Shown here: positions 40,962 through 52,892 of the stretch, one piece after another
How positions within the stretch are numbered: the first letter of the stretch is position 1
Layout: every line of letters begins with the position of its first letter
From: Mobula hypostoma
Taxonomy: Eukaryota
Length of the DNA: 64,000 bases
Assembly (NCBI RefSeq): GCF_963921235.1
Contig: NC_086108.1
Span: 6,634,001-6,698,000 of the forward strand
Reading direction: 5' to 3'
Position numbers and translations under genes: made by a program
The notes under the pieces: generated by a model
Database searches by the model: none
The model's input: only the letters and a program-made list of their open reading frames with translations
Told to the model about the DNA's origin: nothing

Positions 40962-43059
40962 TCACTTAAACGACCCTATCGTATCCGCCTCCACCACTGT
41001 CACCGGCAGCTCATTCCACACATTCACCACTCTCTGCGTAAAAAACTTACCCCTGACATCTCCTCTGTACCTGCTTCCAAGCATCTTAAAACTGTGCCCT
41101 CTCGTGCTAGCCATTTCAGCCCTGGGAAAAAGCCTCTGACTATCCACATGATCAATGTCTCTCATTATCTTATACACCTCTGTCAGGTCACCTCTCATCC
41201 TCCATTGCTCCAAGGAGAAAAGGCCAAGTTCACTCAACCTATTCTCATAAGACATGCTCCCCAATCCAGGCAACATCCTTGTAAATCTCCTCTGCACCCT
41301 TTCTATAGTTTCCACGTCCTTCCTGTAGTGAGGCGACCCGAACTGAACACAATACTCCAAGTGGGGTCTGACCAGGGTCCTATATAGCTGCAACATTACC
41401 TCTCGGCTCTTAAACTCAATCCCATGATTGATGAAGGCCAATGCACCGTATGCCTTCTTAACCACAGAGTCAACCTGCACAGCAGCTTTGAGTGTCCTAT
41501 GGACTCAGACTGCAAGATCCCTCTGATCCTCCACACTGCCAAGAGTCTTACCATTAATGCTACATTCTGCCATCATATTTGACCTACCAAAATGAACCAC
41601 CTCACACTTATCTGGGTTGAACTCCATCTGCCACTTCTCAGCTCAATGTCCCGCTGTAACCTCTGACAACCCTCCACACTATCCACAACACCTCCAATCT
41701 TTGTGTCATCAGCAAATTTACTAACCCAACCCTCCACTTCCTCATCCAGGTCATTTATAAAAATCACAATGAGTAGGGGACCCAGAACATATCCCTGAGG
41801 CACACCACTGGTCACCGGCCTCCATGTAGAATATGACCCGTCTATAACCACTCTTTGCCTTCTGTGGGCAAGCCAGTTCTGGATCCACAAAGCAATGTCC
41901 CCTTGGACCCCCAAGCCTCCTTACTTTCTCAATAAGCCTTGCATGGGGTACCTTATCACAAGACTTGCTAAAATCTATATACACTACATCAATGGCTCTC
42001 CCTTCATCAATGTGTTTAGTCACATCCACAAAAAATTCAATCAGGCTCGTGAGGCACGGCCTGCCTTTGACAAAGCCATGCTGACTATTCCTAATCATAT
42101 TATGCATCTCCAAATGTTCATAAGCCCTGCCTCTCAGGATCTTCTCCATCAACTTACCAACCACTGAAGTAAGACTCACTGGCCTATAATTTCCTGGGAT
42201 AGCTCTACTCCCTTTCTTGAATACGGGAACAACATCCCCAACCCTCCAATCCTCCGAAACCTCTCCCATCCTCATTGATGATGCAAAGATCATCGCCAGA
42301 GGCTCAGCAATCTCCTCCCTCACCTCCCACAGTAGCCTAGGGTACATCTCATCCAGTCCCGGTGACTTACCCAAGTTGATGCTTTCCAAAAGCTCCAGCA
42401 CATCCTTTTCCTTAATATCTACATGCTCAAGTTTTTCAGTCTGCTGCAAGTCATCCCTACAATTGCCAAGATCCTTTTCCATAGTGAATACTGAAGCAAA
42501 GTATTCATTAAGTACCTCTGTTATTTCCTCCAATTCCATACACACTTTTCCACTGTCACACTTGATTGGTCCTATTCTCTCACCTCTTATCCTCTTGATC
42601 TTCACATACTTGTAGAATGCCTTGGGGTTTTCCTTAATCCTGCCCGCCAAGGCCTTCTCATGGCCCCTTCTGGCTCTCCTAATTTCATTCTTAAGCTCCT
42701 TCCTGCAAGCCTTATAATCTTCTAGATTCCTATCATTACCTAGTTTTTTTTAACCTTTTGTAAGCTCTTCTTTTCTTCTTGACTAGATTTAGAACAGCCT
42801 TTGTGCACCACTGATCTTGTACCATACCATCCTTTCCATGTCTTATTGGAACGTACCTACTCAGAACCCCACGCAAGTATCCCCTGAACATTTGCCACAT
42901 TTCTTCTGTACGTTTCCCTGAGAACATCTGTTTCCAATTTATGCTTCCAAGTTCCTGCCTGATAGCCTCATAGTTCCCCTTACTCCAATTAAATGTTTCC
43001 CTAATTTGTCTGTTCCTATCCCTCCCCAATGCTATGGTAAAGGAGATAGAATTGTGATC
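40962..43059 (-). pseudogene. CR1 ORF2 (reverse transcriptase) remnant, frameshifted
   Basis: ORFs 42736-43065, 41751-42650, 41573-41914 and 40962-41480 are collinear with the intact RT frame at 54878-56824. Confidence 0.93.
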
Positions 43060-43066
43060 CTCCACC

Positions 43067-43813
43067 TCATTCTATTCCTATATTTTCACGTGGCACAGGC
43101 AGTAATTCCGAGATTACTACCTTTGAGGTCCTGCTTCTCAACTTCTTTCTTAACTCCATGTACTTTTTTTTCAGGACCTCCTCCCTTTTCCTACTTATAT
43201 CATTGGTACCAATATGTACCACGACCTCTGGCTGTTCTCCTTCCCACTTCGAGTTATCGTGGACTCGATCAGAAACATCCTGGACCCTGGCACCTGGGAG
43301 GCAAACTACCATCTGAGTATCTTTCCTGCGTCCACAGAATTGCCTATCTGACCCCTTATCTATGGGGTCCCCTATCACTGCTGCCATCCCCTTCCTTTCC
43401 CTATCCTTCTGAGCCACAGGGCCAGACTCTGTGCCAGAGGCACGACCACTGTTGCTTCCCCCAGGTGGGCCGTCCCCCCCAACAGTACTCAAACAGGAGT
43501 ACTTATTGTTAAAGGGGACAGCCACAGGGGTACTCTCTAGTACCTGCTTCCTGCCCTTCCCTCTCATGACTGTTACCTACTTCTCTGTCTCCTGTGGCCC
43601 TGGGGTGACTACCTGCCTATAGCTCCTCTCTATCACCTCCTCACTCTCCCTGACCAGACGAAGGTCATCAAGCTGCAGCTCCAGTTCCATAATGCGGTCT
43701 CTAAGGAACTGCAGCTCAACACACCTGGTGCAGATGTGGGCGCCTGGGAGGCCAGGAGTCTCTAGGACCTCCCACATCTGATACTGAGCACCGAAAACCA
43801 GCCTCACACACAT
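43067..43813 (-). pseudogene. CR1 ORF1 remnant: Cys/His-rich N-terminus, coiled coil, SGNH/GDSL esterase domain
   Basis: HICTRCVELQ...ELELQLDDLR; VIGDP (GDS-like block I), CLPGA, VVVHIGTND; broken by a stop and truncated. Confidence 0.85.
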
Positions 43814-44819
43814 ACTTTCCTGTCTTTATTTTAAACAGATAACCTACCTGGCTTGACTCTTTATCGTCGAAGACCCGTTGAGCTAAAGCCTTCCTACTCT
43901 GTCTCCCTCAACTCTGACACCTGCTCTTGCGACGCCCATTCTGTAAGTCTGTCTTCCTTTTAAACTCTTCCCGCTGTTCTCACTGGCTGACCTCCACGTT
44001 TGGTTTCCCACATTTCCTCCGTCCTTCAGGGGTTCAATGAAGTGCTGTCTTGAAGATGGAGCTGGTCTCTCTTCTCATCACGTGCCGAACCCATCTCCAA
44101 CGTTTCCTCATGATGATGGTGACCATGTCCGCTTGATGACACTGAAGGAGAAGGGTGTGGTTGGAGATCTTTCTTGGCCAGAAAATACAGGGGATCTTCC
44201 GAAGGCTCTGGTGTGGAATGACGACCACTTGGCAAAGTCACTCCCTGTCGTGCACCAGCATTCTGACCCGTACAAGAGTGTGCACAGGACACATCTCTGG
44301 TACAAATTCACCTTGGTGTGGACACTGTACCCAATTGATCCCGACATGTTGCTTATTGATCTGAGGACTTTTCTAGCTTTGCTGAATCTGCACTGGAAGT
44401 CGTCCTTGGTCCCACCATTCTGCCAAATGATGCTGGCCAGGAAGGTGAATCTGCCGGTGCTGGGTAAGTTGACACCATATGCCTTGACGGGAGGTGGAGA
44501 CTCCACGCTGAGGGTTATGGTCTCAGTCTTTCTCTGGACAACTCCGAGTCCAACCTGTCCAGCAAAGGTGGACTGAGTTTTCTTTTGCAGGTGCTGTGTG
44601 TGTGTTATAGTAATGCAAGGTCATCCGCAAAGTCAAAGTCTTCTAAAGTAGGGCTTTTGCGCAGTACTGTATATCAAAATAAACTTTATTCATAATAAAT
44701 CAGTGACCACAATAAACCATGCAACGTCTTTCATTGCTGCATTCATAGAGAATGCATTAGGTAGTGTTCCATTACATTTCCTAAATCCAATAGCACTTAA
44801 AAAGACTTAGCATTATATC

Positions 44820-44990
44820 CTTGCTTTTATACTCTAGTCCGCTTGAAATGAATGCTAATATCACATTTGCCTTCCTCACCACCGACTCAGCCTGCAAATT
44901 AACCTTTAGGGAACCCTGCACGAGAACTCACAAGTTGACTTCCACCTCTAGTTCCTGTAATTTCTCCCTGTTTAGCAAACAGACTACCTG
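44820..44990 (-). mobile_element. CR1 ORF2 internal fragment
   Basis: Minus strand reads LQAESVVRKANVILAFISSGLEYKS. Confidence 0.75.
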
Positions 44991-45301
44991 GTATTTCCCC
45001 TTTCTTAACAGTTCAGTAATAACACGCTTTTGATTCAAAGCATTCGGAATATCTGGTTCCACTTGGTTCACACAGTACTTATTGTGGAAAAGAAAGTTCC
45101 TTGATTTGTGGAGTCCCTTGATATATGATCATACACAACTGAAGAGCTGTGAAAAAGTAGCACTCCGCCTTGTTGTGAACTGAATGCCCATGGACCCCTT
45201 GTTTGTATTGGTTTGTGGCATTAAAAAGACTGGGTAACTGCTTCCTCTCCGAATGTACAACCTTAAGAAAAGCAAAAAAAAACTTAAGGGCACCCCAACA
45301 A

Positions 45302-45540
45302 AACATAGAACGTAGACCAGTACAGCACAGGAACAGGCCATTCGGCCCACAATGTTGTGCTGAACCAGCTAAAAAGTGAATCAAAACCATCCAAATGCTA
45401 ATCCTTCCTACCTACACCATGTCCATATCATCACATCCACATAAACATCTCTTAAAAGCCTCTGATGTGTTTGCATCTATCATCATACTAGGCAGCACAT
45501 TCCAGGCATCCACCACTCTCTGAGTAGAAATTTTAACCTT
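45302..45540 (-). mobile_element. CR1 3' end fragment
   Basis: aacatagaacgtagaccagtacagcacaggaacaggccattcggcccac; same subfamily as 35644 and ~45975-46085. Confidence 0.8.
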
Positions 45541-46117
45541 GACTTCCCTTTTTTTTTGTGTGGCCAGTAGCAATATTTCCTTAATGTTAAAATAGTAGGG
45601 TGGATAGCAGTTTCAGAGGTCACATTGGCCCTTAATATTGTTGGATTTTCTCCAGTCCAACTTTCAAAAATAGAACATTATTGCTGATTTAATGTTCTTG
45701 TTTAGAACATCGACGACCCCGACGTTCACTTTAGAGATATGCATCCATCGAATGAAAACTTGTTTTGTTTCTCTCTCTCTCAGAAACAGGATGTTTGCTT
45801 TATGGGCTTTTTTTTTTCAGAAAATGACCTTCCACTCCGCTCTCTCCACCAAAGTTTATCCGTGAACCTGCAACCTTTCCATAACATTTATCTGGTTGCT
45901 GACAAGTTCCAGTATGGCACCATGGTACCTTAGTGGGTTAGTGGGACACGACTACAGCTCAGGGTGTTCCAGAGTTAGAACTTAGAACAGTACAGTGCAG
46001 GAACGGCCCTTGAGCCCACAATGTTGTGCTGAACCAGCTGAAAAGCAAATTAAAATCCTCCAAAAACGAATCCCTCCTACCTACTCTGGTGCCTTCTGTA
46101 AGAAGCCACTGAGCATA

Positions 46118-46509
46118 TAACACTGCGCAAAAGTCTTGGGCACCCTAGATTTTTTTTTATTAGGTTTCGGATGGTCTGGCCTCCAAAGAGCCCTGATCTC
46201 AACATCATCAAGGCTGTCTGGGATTACCTGGAGAGACAGAAGCAAGTGAGAGTCTGCAGAGGAACTGTGGCATGGTCTCCAAGATGCTTCAAACAACCTA
46301 CCAGCAACTTTCATATAAAACTGCACAACAGTGTACCAAAGGGAATTGATGCAGTTTTAAAGGCAAAGGGTGTGCACACCAAATACTGATGTGATTTAGT
46401 TTTTTACTGTTTACTGCTCTTTATAGTACATTTTTTATTTTATTATTTTTGAAGGCATTTGGCTTTATAGAATTTTTTTACATGTGCCTCAGACTTTTGC
46501 TCAGTTATG
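46118..46509 (+). mobile_element. Internally deleted Tc1 transposon retaining the transposase C-terminus
   Basis: WPPKSPDLNIIK (Tc1 WPxxSPDLNPIE motif, catalytic E changed to K)...AVLKAKGVHTKY*; degenerate TIRs actgcgcaaaagtcttgggcac / gtgcctcagacttttgctcagt; TA flanks. Confidence 0.9.
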
Positions 46510-46511
46510 TA

Positions 46512-47550
46512 TGTTCATGGTCTTCTGCTGCTGTGGCCTATCCACTTCAAGATTTGATGTGTTGTGCATTCAGAGAAGCTCTTCTGCACACCACTGTTGT
46601 GACATATGGTTATAAGAGTTACTGTTGCCTTCCTGTCAGCTTGAACTAACAATGTTCCCTCTATTTTATTTTACAGCTGTGCAGACCAATCATTGCTCTG
46701 AGCAGGAAAAGTTTACACAGCCTGAAAACTTCACAGCACTTTAAGTGTTTTTTTTTTTGCAATATGCATACTCTGAATATTGACCAGGCAGAACTAGCAT
46801 TCATTTATTAACAATGAGCTACCGACTTCCATTCTGTGTTTACTGTTACAATTTGTAACAGTGTTGTAAGTTGAACACTGACAATGTAAATATGTTGGTA
46901 CTAAAATGTTTCAAAGCAAAGATTATCATTTAGAAAATTGATTAATACATTAATACTTTAATTCATGAATGCAATCATTAATTGCAGAGTATTGCACAAT
47001 TATATTAACATGGATTTTGAAATATATTAGCATAATTTCAAAATGATACTAATATAATTTCATAATTATATTAATGTTACAATAAAGACATTCCAACTGC
47101 ATGGCAACAAAGGCTATATGCATGAGAGCATTTCTGTTACTGCACAGCCGCACATCCACACAGCTTACAGGGAACAGTATGAAATGGTCTGGCCATTCTC
47201 TTCTGACTCTGACATTTATAAGGAGTTTTTGCCCACAGAAATGTTGCACAGTGTATATTTTTATTTTGTGTTTGGCACCATTCTCTGTAAACTTAAGAGA
47301 CTGTTGTGCTCAGAAATCCCGGGAGATCAGCTGTTCCTGAGATACTCAAACTACCCTGTCTGGCACCAACAGTCACTCCATGGTCAAAGTCACTTAGATC
47401 ACATTTCTTCCTCATTCTGATGTTTGGTCTGAACAACCAAACCTCTTGACCATGTCTGCATGCTTTTACGCATTGAGTTGCTGCCATATGATTGGCTGTT
47501 TAGATATCTGCATTAATGAGCAGGTCACATATGTGTGGTCACTGAGTCTA
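46512..47550 (-). mobile_element. Second Tc1-family deletion derivative (transposase N-terminal HTH), split by a hAT-like MITE
   Basis: MRKKCDLSDFDHGVTVGARQGSLSISGTADLPGFLSTTVS resembles a Tc1 paired-like N-terminus. Confidence 0.75.
46650..47179. mobile_element. hAT-like MITE
   Basis: TIRs CAATGTTCCCT / AGGGAACAGTA; degenerate 8-bp duplication tgaactaa / tgaaatgg; AT-rich interior. Confidence 0.6.
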
Positions 47551-48497
47551 TGTGAACAACATAGAAAACGTGAACACAGCTTGAGTATATTTTTATTAAA
47601 ATAAAGATTTGCTTCTCACACTAGGTGGTGAAATTAGGGCGTATTTAAAGATTAGATTAACTTTATTTATCATGGTGAAACATTGAAAATGCATTGAAAC
47701 ATGTCTTTGTAACCAATGTACCCAATGAGGGACTGGGCTCGCCACATATTCTGTGCCAAAATAGCAAGTTCATCATGTTCAGCAGAACCACAGCACAAAC
47801 AGCAGTAATAACGATAACACAACAAGGCAATAAGAGCTTAACAAGCCCCTTTCCCACCAACGCACACACAGACAGGTATCCAACCCCAGGATAGGCTGCC
47901 TCCGGGCCTCGAACTCCAGACTCTCGGTCTTGCAGACATTGGCCCTCTGACTTCCAGACCCTGGGTCCGTACTCTCAGTTGGTCTGGGATGTTTTACTTT
48001 GGGAAATACTGTTGGTTTGACCTTACTGACACTGCCAAGAAGGCCATATCAATTCTTCCTTTTAGACATTGTTCTCATCTTCCCCTATGATGAAAATCCA
48101 AGTGGCCATTTTCCAGATTAATGCCCAGAGTTTATTCAGCCATAGTGAATCTGGTACCAACACGCTCAGAAATATGAAAACGTTGAGTGATCTTGATCTT
48201 GCTTGATGGATGGTGAGATTCAGGTCACTCGAGGAACAACTCCTGTTCTGGCTGAGGTCACCTGACCTGCTTGAAACTACTCCTTCTTGTGAGCTATGAG
48301 GAACATTCAGACAGTCAGCAAAAGATTCTATTCAAATCAAGTTTAATTGTCATTCAACCATGAAGAATATTCATGAATACAGCCAAACGAGATAGTGTTA
48401 CCCTGGGGTCAAAGTGCAAAACACAGGAACAACATTCACACACAGCACAAAGCACATACAATATACTAAGCGCAAGTACACAATGCAAGAGCCAAAA

Positions 48498-51421
48498 TAC
48501 TAGATTCCAAAAGGACAATGAGTATAAGGGCACTTTATCTAAATGCCCGTAGTATTAGAAACAAGCTTGTGGCACAGATTAGTACCAAGGCGTATGATTT
48601 AGTGGCCATTCCAGAAACCTGGTTGCAAGGTGGAGATGACTGGGAATTAAATCTGAGGGTATCAGGTAATACGGAAAGATAGGCAGGAAGGCAGAGGAGG
48701 TGGGGTGGCACTCTTAATTAGGGATGAGATCAGGGTGATTGTGAGAGACGATATAAGATCTACAGAACAGAATGTTGAGTCCATCTGGGTAGAGATTAAG
48801 AATAGTAAAGGGAAAAAAAATCACCGGTGGGTGTTGTCTATAGGCCACCTAATAAAAACATTGCAGTGGCAGAGGTGATTAACCAAGAAATAACTTAGGC
48901 TTGTAAGACCAGAACGGCAGTTGTCATGGGGGATTTTAACTTCCAACGTAGATTGGGTGAATCAGGTTGGTCAAGGAAGTCGTGAGGAGGACTTCATAGA
49001 ATGCATCCGTGATGGATTTCTTAAGCAGAATGTTAGTGAACCTACAAGGGAAAATGCTATCTTAGATCTAGTCCTGTGCAATGAGACAGGTAAGATTAAC
49101 GATCTTGTAGTCAGGGATCCTCTTGGAAAGAGTGATCATAGTATGATTGAATTTCGCATACAGATGGAGGATGAAATAGTTAGATCTAAAACTGGTGTGT
49201 TATGCTTGAACAAGGGAGACTACAACGGGATGAGGGAGGAGTTGACTAATGTGGATTGGGAACACAGGAAATTTGGTAGGACAGTTGAGGAACAGTGGAA
49301 TACTTTCAAAGAGATTTTTCACAGTGCTCAACAAAAGTATATTCCAGTCAAAAGTAAGGACAGTAAGTGTGGGGAGAGCCAGCCTTGGATAACTAAGGAA
49401 ATAAAAGATAGTATCAAATTAAAATCTCATGTGTGCAAAGTCGCAAAGAGTAGTGGGAGACTGGAGGATTGGGAAAACTTTAAAAAGCAACAAAGAACAA
49501 CTAAACAAGAAATAAAGTAAGGGAAGATAGAGTATGAAAGTAAATTAGCACAAAATATAAAAACAGATAGCAAAAGTTTTTATAAATATATGAAGTGGAA
49601 GAGGGTGGCTAAAGTCAACGAAGGACCCTTGGAAGAGGAGAAGGGGAAACTGATATTGGGTGATAAGGAAATGGCTGAGGCATTGAATGACTATTTTGTA
49701 TCGGACTTCATGGTGGAGGATACATCTAATATGCCAAAGAAGGATGTTATGGATGAAATGGAAGGTGAAGACCTCCATAAAATCACTGTCACTAAAGAGA
49801 TAGTGATGAGAAAACTAGAGGGCCTGAAGGTAGATAAGTCCCCTGGTCCTGATGGGATGCATCCCAGGGTGCTGAGGGAACTGGCGGAGGTTATAGTAGA
49901 TGCGTTGGTAATCATTTACCATAATTCTCCAGACTCTGGGCAGGTCCCGGCAGATTGGAAGACAGCAAATATCACACCACTTTTTAAAAAAGGATGTAGG
50001 CAAAAGATGGGCAACTTTAGGCCAGATAGCTTAACGTCTGTAGTCGGGAAAATGCTTGAAGCTGTCGTTAAGGAAGAAATAGTGAAACATTTAGGAAGGA
50101 GTGGTTCCATTAGACAGACGCAGCATGGATTCCGAAAGGGCAGGTCCTGTTTGACAAATTTACTGGATTTCTTTGAGGACATAATGAGTGCAGTGGATAG
50201 AGGGGAACAGGTGGATGTCGTGTACTTGGATTTCCAGAAGGTGTTCGATAAGATGCCGCACAAGAGACTTATAAATAAGATAAAGATGCATGGAATCGGA
50301 GGAAGTGTATTGGCATGGATAGTGGATTGGTTAACCAATAGAAGGCAGAGAGTTGGTATAAATGGGTGTTTCTCTGGTTGGCAGTCAGTGGTGAGTGGGG
50401 TGCCGCAGGGGTCGGTGCTGGGCCTGCAGCTGTTTACCACTTACAGTGATGATTTGGAAGAGGGGACTGAGTGTAGCGTAGCAAAATTTGCTGATGACAC
50501 TAAACTGAGTGGAAAAGCAAATTGTACAGAGGATGTGGAGAGTCTGCAGAGGGATATAGATAGGTTAAGTGAGTGGGCCAAGGTCTGGCAGATGGAATAC
50601 AATGTTGGTAAATGCGAGATCATCCACTTTGGAAGGAATAATAGAAGAACAGATTATTATTTAAATGGCGAAAGATTGCAGCATTCTGTTGTGCAGAGGG
50701 ACTTGGGAGTGCTTGTGCATGAATCGCAAAAAAATGGCTTGCAGGTACAACAGATTATTAAGAAGGCAAACGGAATGTTGGCTTTCATTGCTGGAGGGAT
50801 TGAATTCAAGAGCAGGGAGGTCATGCTGCAAATATACAGAGTACTGGTGAGGCTGCACCTGGAGTACTGTGTGCAGTTCTGGTCTCCATACTTGAGGAAG
50901 GATATATTGGCTTTGGAGGCAGTGCAGAGGAGGTTCACCAGGTTGATTCCAGAGATGAAGGGGTTAACCTATGAGGAGAGATTGAGTTGCCTGGGACTAT
51001 ACTCTCTGGAATTCAGAAGAATAAGAGGGGATCTTATAGAAACATACAAAATTTTGAAAGGGATAGATAAGATAGAAGTAGGAAAGTTGCTTCCATTGGT
51101 AGGTGAGACTAGAACTAGGGGACATAGCCTCAAGATCAGGGGAGAAGATTTAGGATGGAGATGAGGAGAAATTGTTTTTCCCAGAGAGTGGTGAATCTGT
51201 GGAAATTTCTGCCCAGGGAAGCAGTTGAGGCTTCTTCACTAAGTATATTTAAGATACAGCTAGATAGATTTTTACATAGTAGGGGAATTAAGGGTTATGG
51301 GTAAGAGGCAGGTAGATGGAGCTGAGTTTACAGACAGATCAGCCATGATCTTATTGAATGGCGGGGCAGGGTCAATGGGCCGGATAGCCTACTCCTGCTC
51401 CTATTTCTTATGTTCTTATGT
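48498..51421 (+). mobile_element. CR1 LINE with near-complete ORF2 (APE endonuclease + RT), 11-bp target duplication
   Basis: LYLNARS, ETW, GGGVAL, YRPP, GDFN, LDLVL, SDH endonuclease motifs; RT frame 49590-51164; tail ttcttatgttcttatgt; aagagccaaaa at 48487-48497 and 51422-51432. Confidence 0.96.
48519..51325 (+). pseudogene. CR1 ORF2 with several stops and frameshifts
   Basis: Frame breaks near 48565, 48655, 48820, 48895-48930, 49518 and 51140; AKFADDTKL retained. Confidence 0.9.
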
Positions 51422-51439
51422 AAGAGCCAAAAAGTCGCG

Positions 51440-51965
51440 CTATCAATCCACAGTCAACCACAATATAGACTGACACCCACCGAGTGAGCAGCACCAACTC
51501 CACGTCACACCGACCCCGACGCACTCCCCCGCACCTCCCTCCACTACCCCAATCCCGGGCGACACCGCAGCTTGAGGATCAGTCCTTGTATGCACAAGAC
51601 AACAAGCCCAAACAGTCAAACAGTAAAAATACAACCACACAAAATACACTCGTATGTAGTCAGACTCCTCCTCCCCAGCCCATCGAGATCTTCAGTCAAC
51701 CACAGTAGAGCTTGTCTTCTGCCGAGTGAACACTGGGGGGTGGGGGGGCACAGTTAGCGACGACTCCAGCCTGAACACCACACGGCATCTCACCCGGTGG
51801 AGCGCACTGGCCCCGAAACCTCGCGCATCCCCCCACCCCAGGCTGCACTGCAGCTTGAGGTCCAGTCCTTGCATATACGAGATAACAAGCCCAAGTAGAA
51901 TATCGGTAAAATACATGACCAGACCCTCAGTCCGTTGGAATCTTCCGACAACCACAGTAGAGCAC
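51440..51965. repeat. Diverged ~250-280-bp tandem duplication
   Basis: caaccaca at ~51454, ~51697, ~51949; cagcttgagg..cagtccttg...aacaagcccaa at ~51568 and ~51851. Confidence 0.7.
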
Positions 51966-52334
51966 AAAAAAGATATTCTTTTAAAACAGAAATTCAGGTT
52001 TTTCTGTTTTTAGGAAGAGTACAAGGGAAAACAATAACAGAATGCAGAATAAAGTGTTGCGTTGCAGATAAAGAGCGGTGCAGACAGACAATAAGTTGCA
52101 AGGGCGCATTGGGATAGATTGTGAGATCACCACCCTGCTTGTTCGGTGACTGGAGCGTACTGGGATCGACGCAGATGATTGAGGCCCAAGGACGAATCGG
52201 AAGTCCAGAAGTCGAGGCCGGGGTCAGCAGGCCTGAATTCATGTCCGTTGGAGATCTGGTCTGGGGTTAAGCGACTGTGTTTTTGGGAGGAACGGAGTTT
52301 GTTTTGCTGTCATTGTTTTCTTGCTTTTTGTGTT

Positions 52335-52470
52335 CTGGTTTTCAGAGCCCTGGAGAGCGGTCTCGGCCTGAAATGTTGACTGTTTATTCATTTCCATTGA
52401 TGCCGCTGTGTTCTCCAGCATTTTGTGTGTGTTGCTCCGGATTTCCAGCCTCTGCAGTCTTTCTCATGTT
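52335..52470 (+). mobile_element. Penelope-type terminal repeat fragment
   Basis: ggtctcggcctgaaatgttgactgtttattc...ctccagcattttgtgtgtgttgctc, similar to 38670-38800. Confidence 0.6.
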
Positions 52471-52484
52471 TGTGCTCTGTGGTG

Positions 52485-52700
52485 TTTATTTATTGAGAAA
52501 CAGTCCAAACAGGCCGTTCTGGCCCACTGAACCACGCCACCCAGCAACCCCCGATTTAACCCTAGACTAATCACAGGACAATTTACAATGACCAATTAAC
52601 CTCCCAACTGGCACATTGTTGGACAGTAGGAGAAACCCAGGTGGCCACAGGGAGAATGAGCAAACTCTTTACATACAGCGGCGGGAATTCTGCCAAGCAT
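52485..52700 (-). mobile_element. SINE-like fragment (probably tRNA-derived)
   Basis: Minus strand gaattcccgccgctgtatgtaaagagtttgctcattctccctgtggccacctgggtttctcc body with CR1-like ggccagaacggcctg 3' stem. Confidence 0.5.
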
Positions 52701-52892
52701 TGTGTGGCATTGTACGTTGGCGCTGGAATGTGTGCTGATACTTGTGGCCTGCCCCAGCACACCTTTGTGTATGTTGGTTGTTAACGTAAGCAAAGCATTT
52801 CACTGTATGTTTTGATGGACTCTTGACAAACAGACTTGAATCTTGAATCTTGAGATATGCATGTGTCTTAATATTATAAGATGGTGTGTGTA

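Larger units (their letters stand above)
40817..43997 (-). mobile_element. Near-full-length CR1 LINE, decayed, with internal deletion of most of the endonuclease
   Basis: (agaaacat)n tail at 40817; ORF2 pieces with PGNYRPVSLTS, QHGF, SKFADDTK, RPHLEYC; ORF1 pieces; putative 5' UTR 43815-43997. Confidence 0.95.
40698..44647 (-). mobile_element. 5'-truncated RTE-clade LINE (40698-40816 plus 43998-44647), split by a CR1
   Basis: LEDFDFADDLAL RT motif at ~44612-44647; LLYGSECW; RKRWRWVRHVMRRE; C-terminal RRTFITALN; possible gtag target duplication (40694-40697, 44648-44651). Confidence 0.85.
38987..44669. mobile_element. Tc1-family MITE stretched to 5.7 kb by nested insertions
   Basis: TA|CAGTACCATGCAAAGCCC ... 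GGGCTTTTGCGCAGTACTG|TA; internal TIR-like copy cagtactgtgcaaaagtcttaagcaccctag at 39748. Confidence 0.65.

Noticed and set aside
45739..45933. Plus-strand exon after tttttttcag
   Set aside because: No good donor, no recognisable peptide, and the frame runs into a SINE-like head at ~45915.
49691..50938. Antisense ORFs over CR1 ORF2 (also 55738-56847, 41895-42615, 43006-43512)
   Set aside because: Shadow frames of LINE coding sequence.
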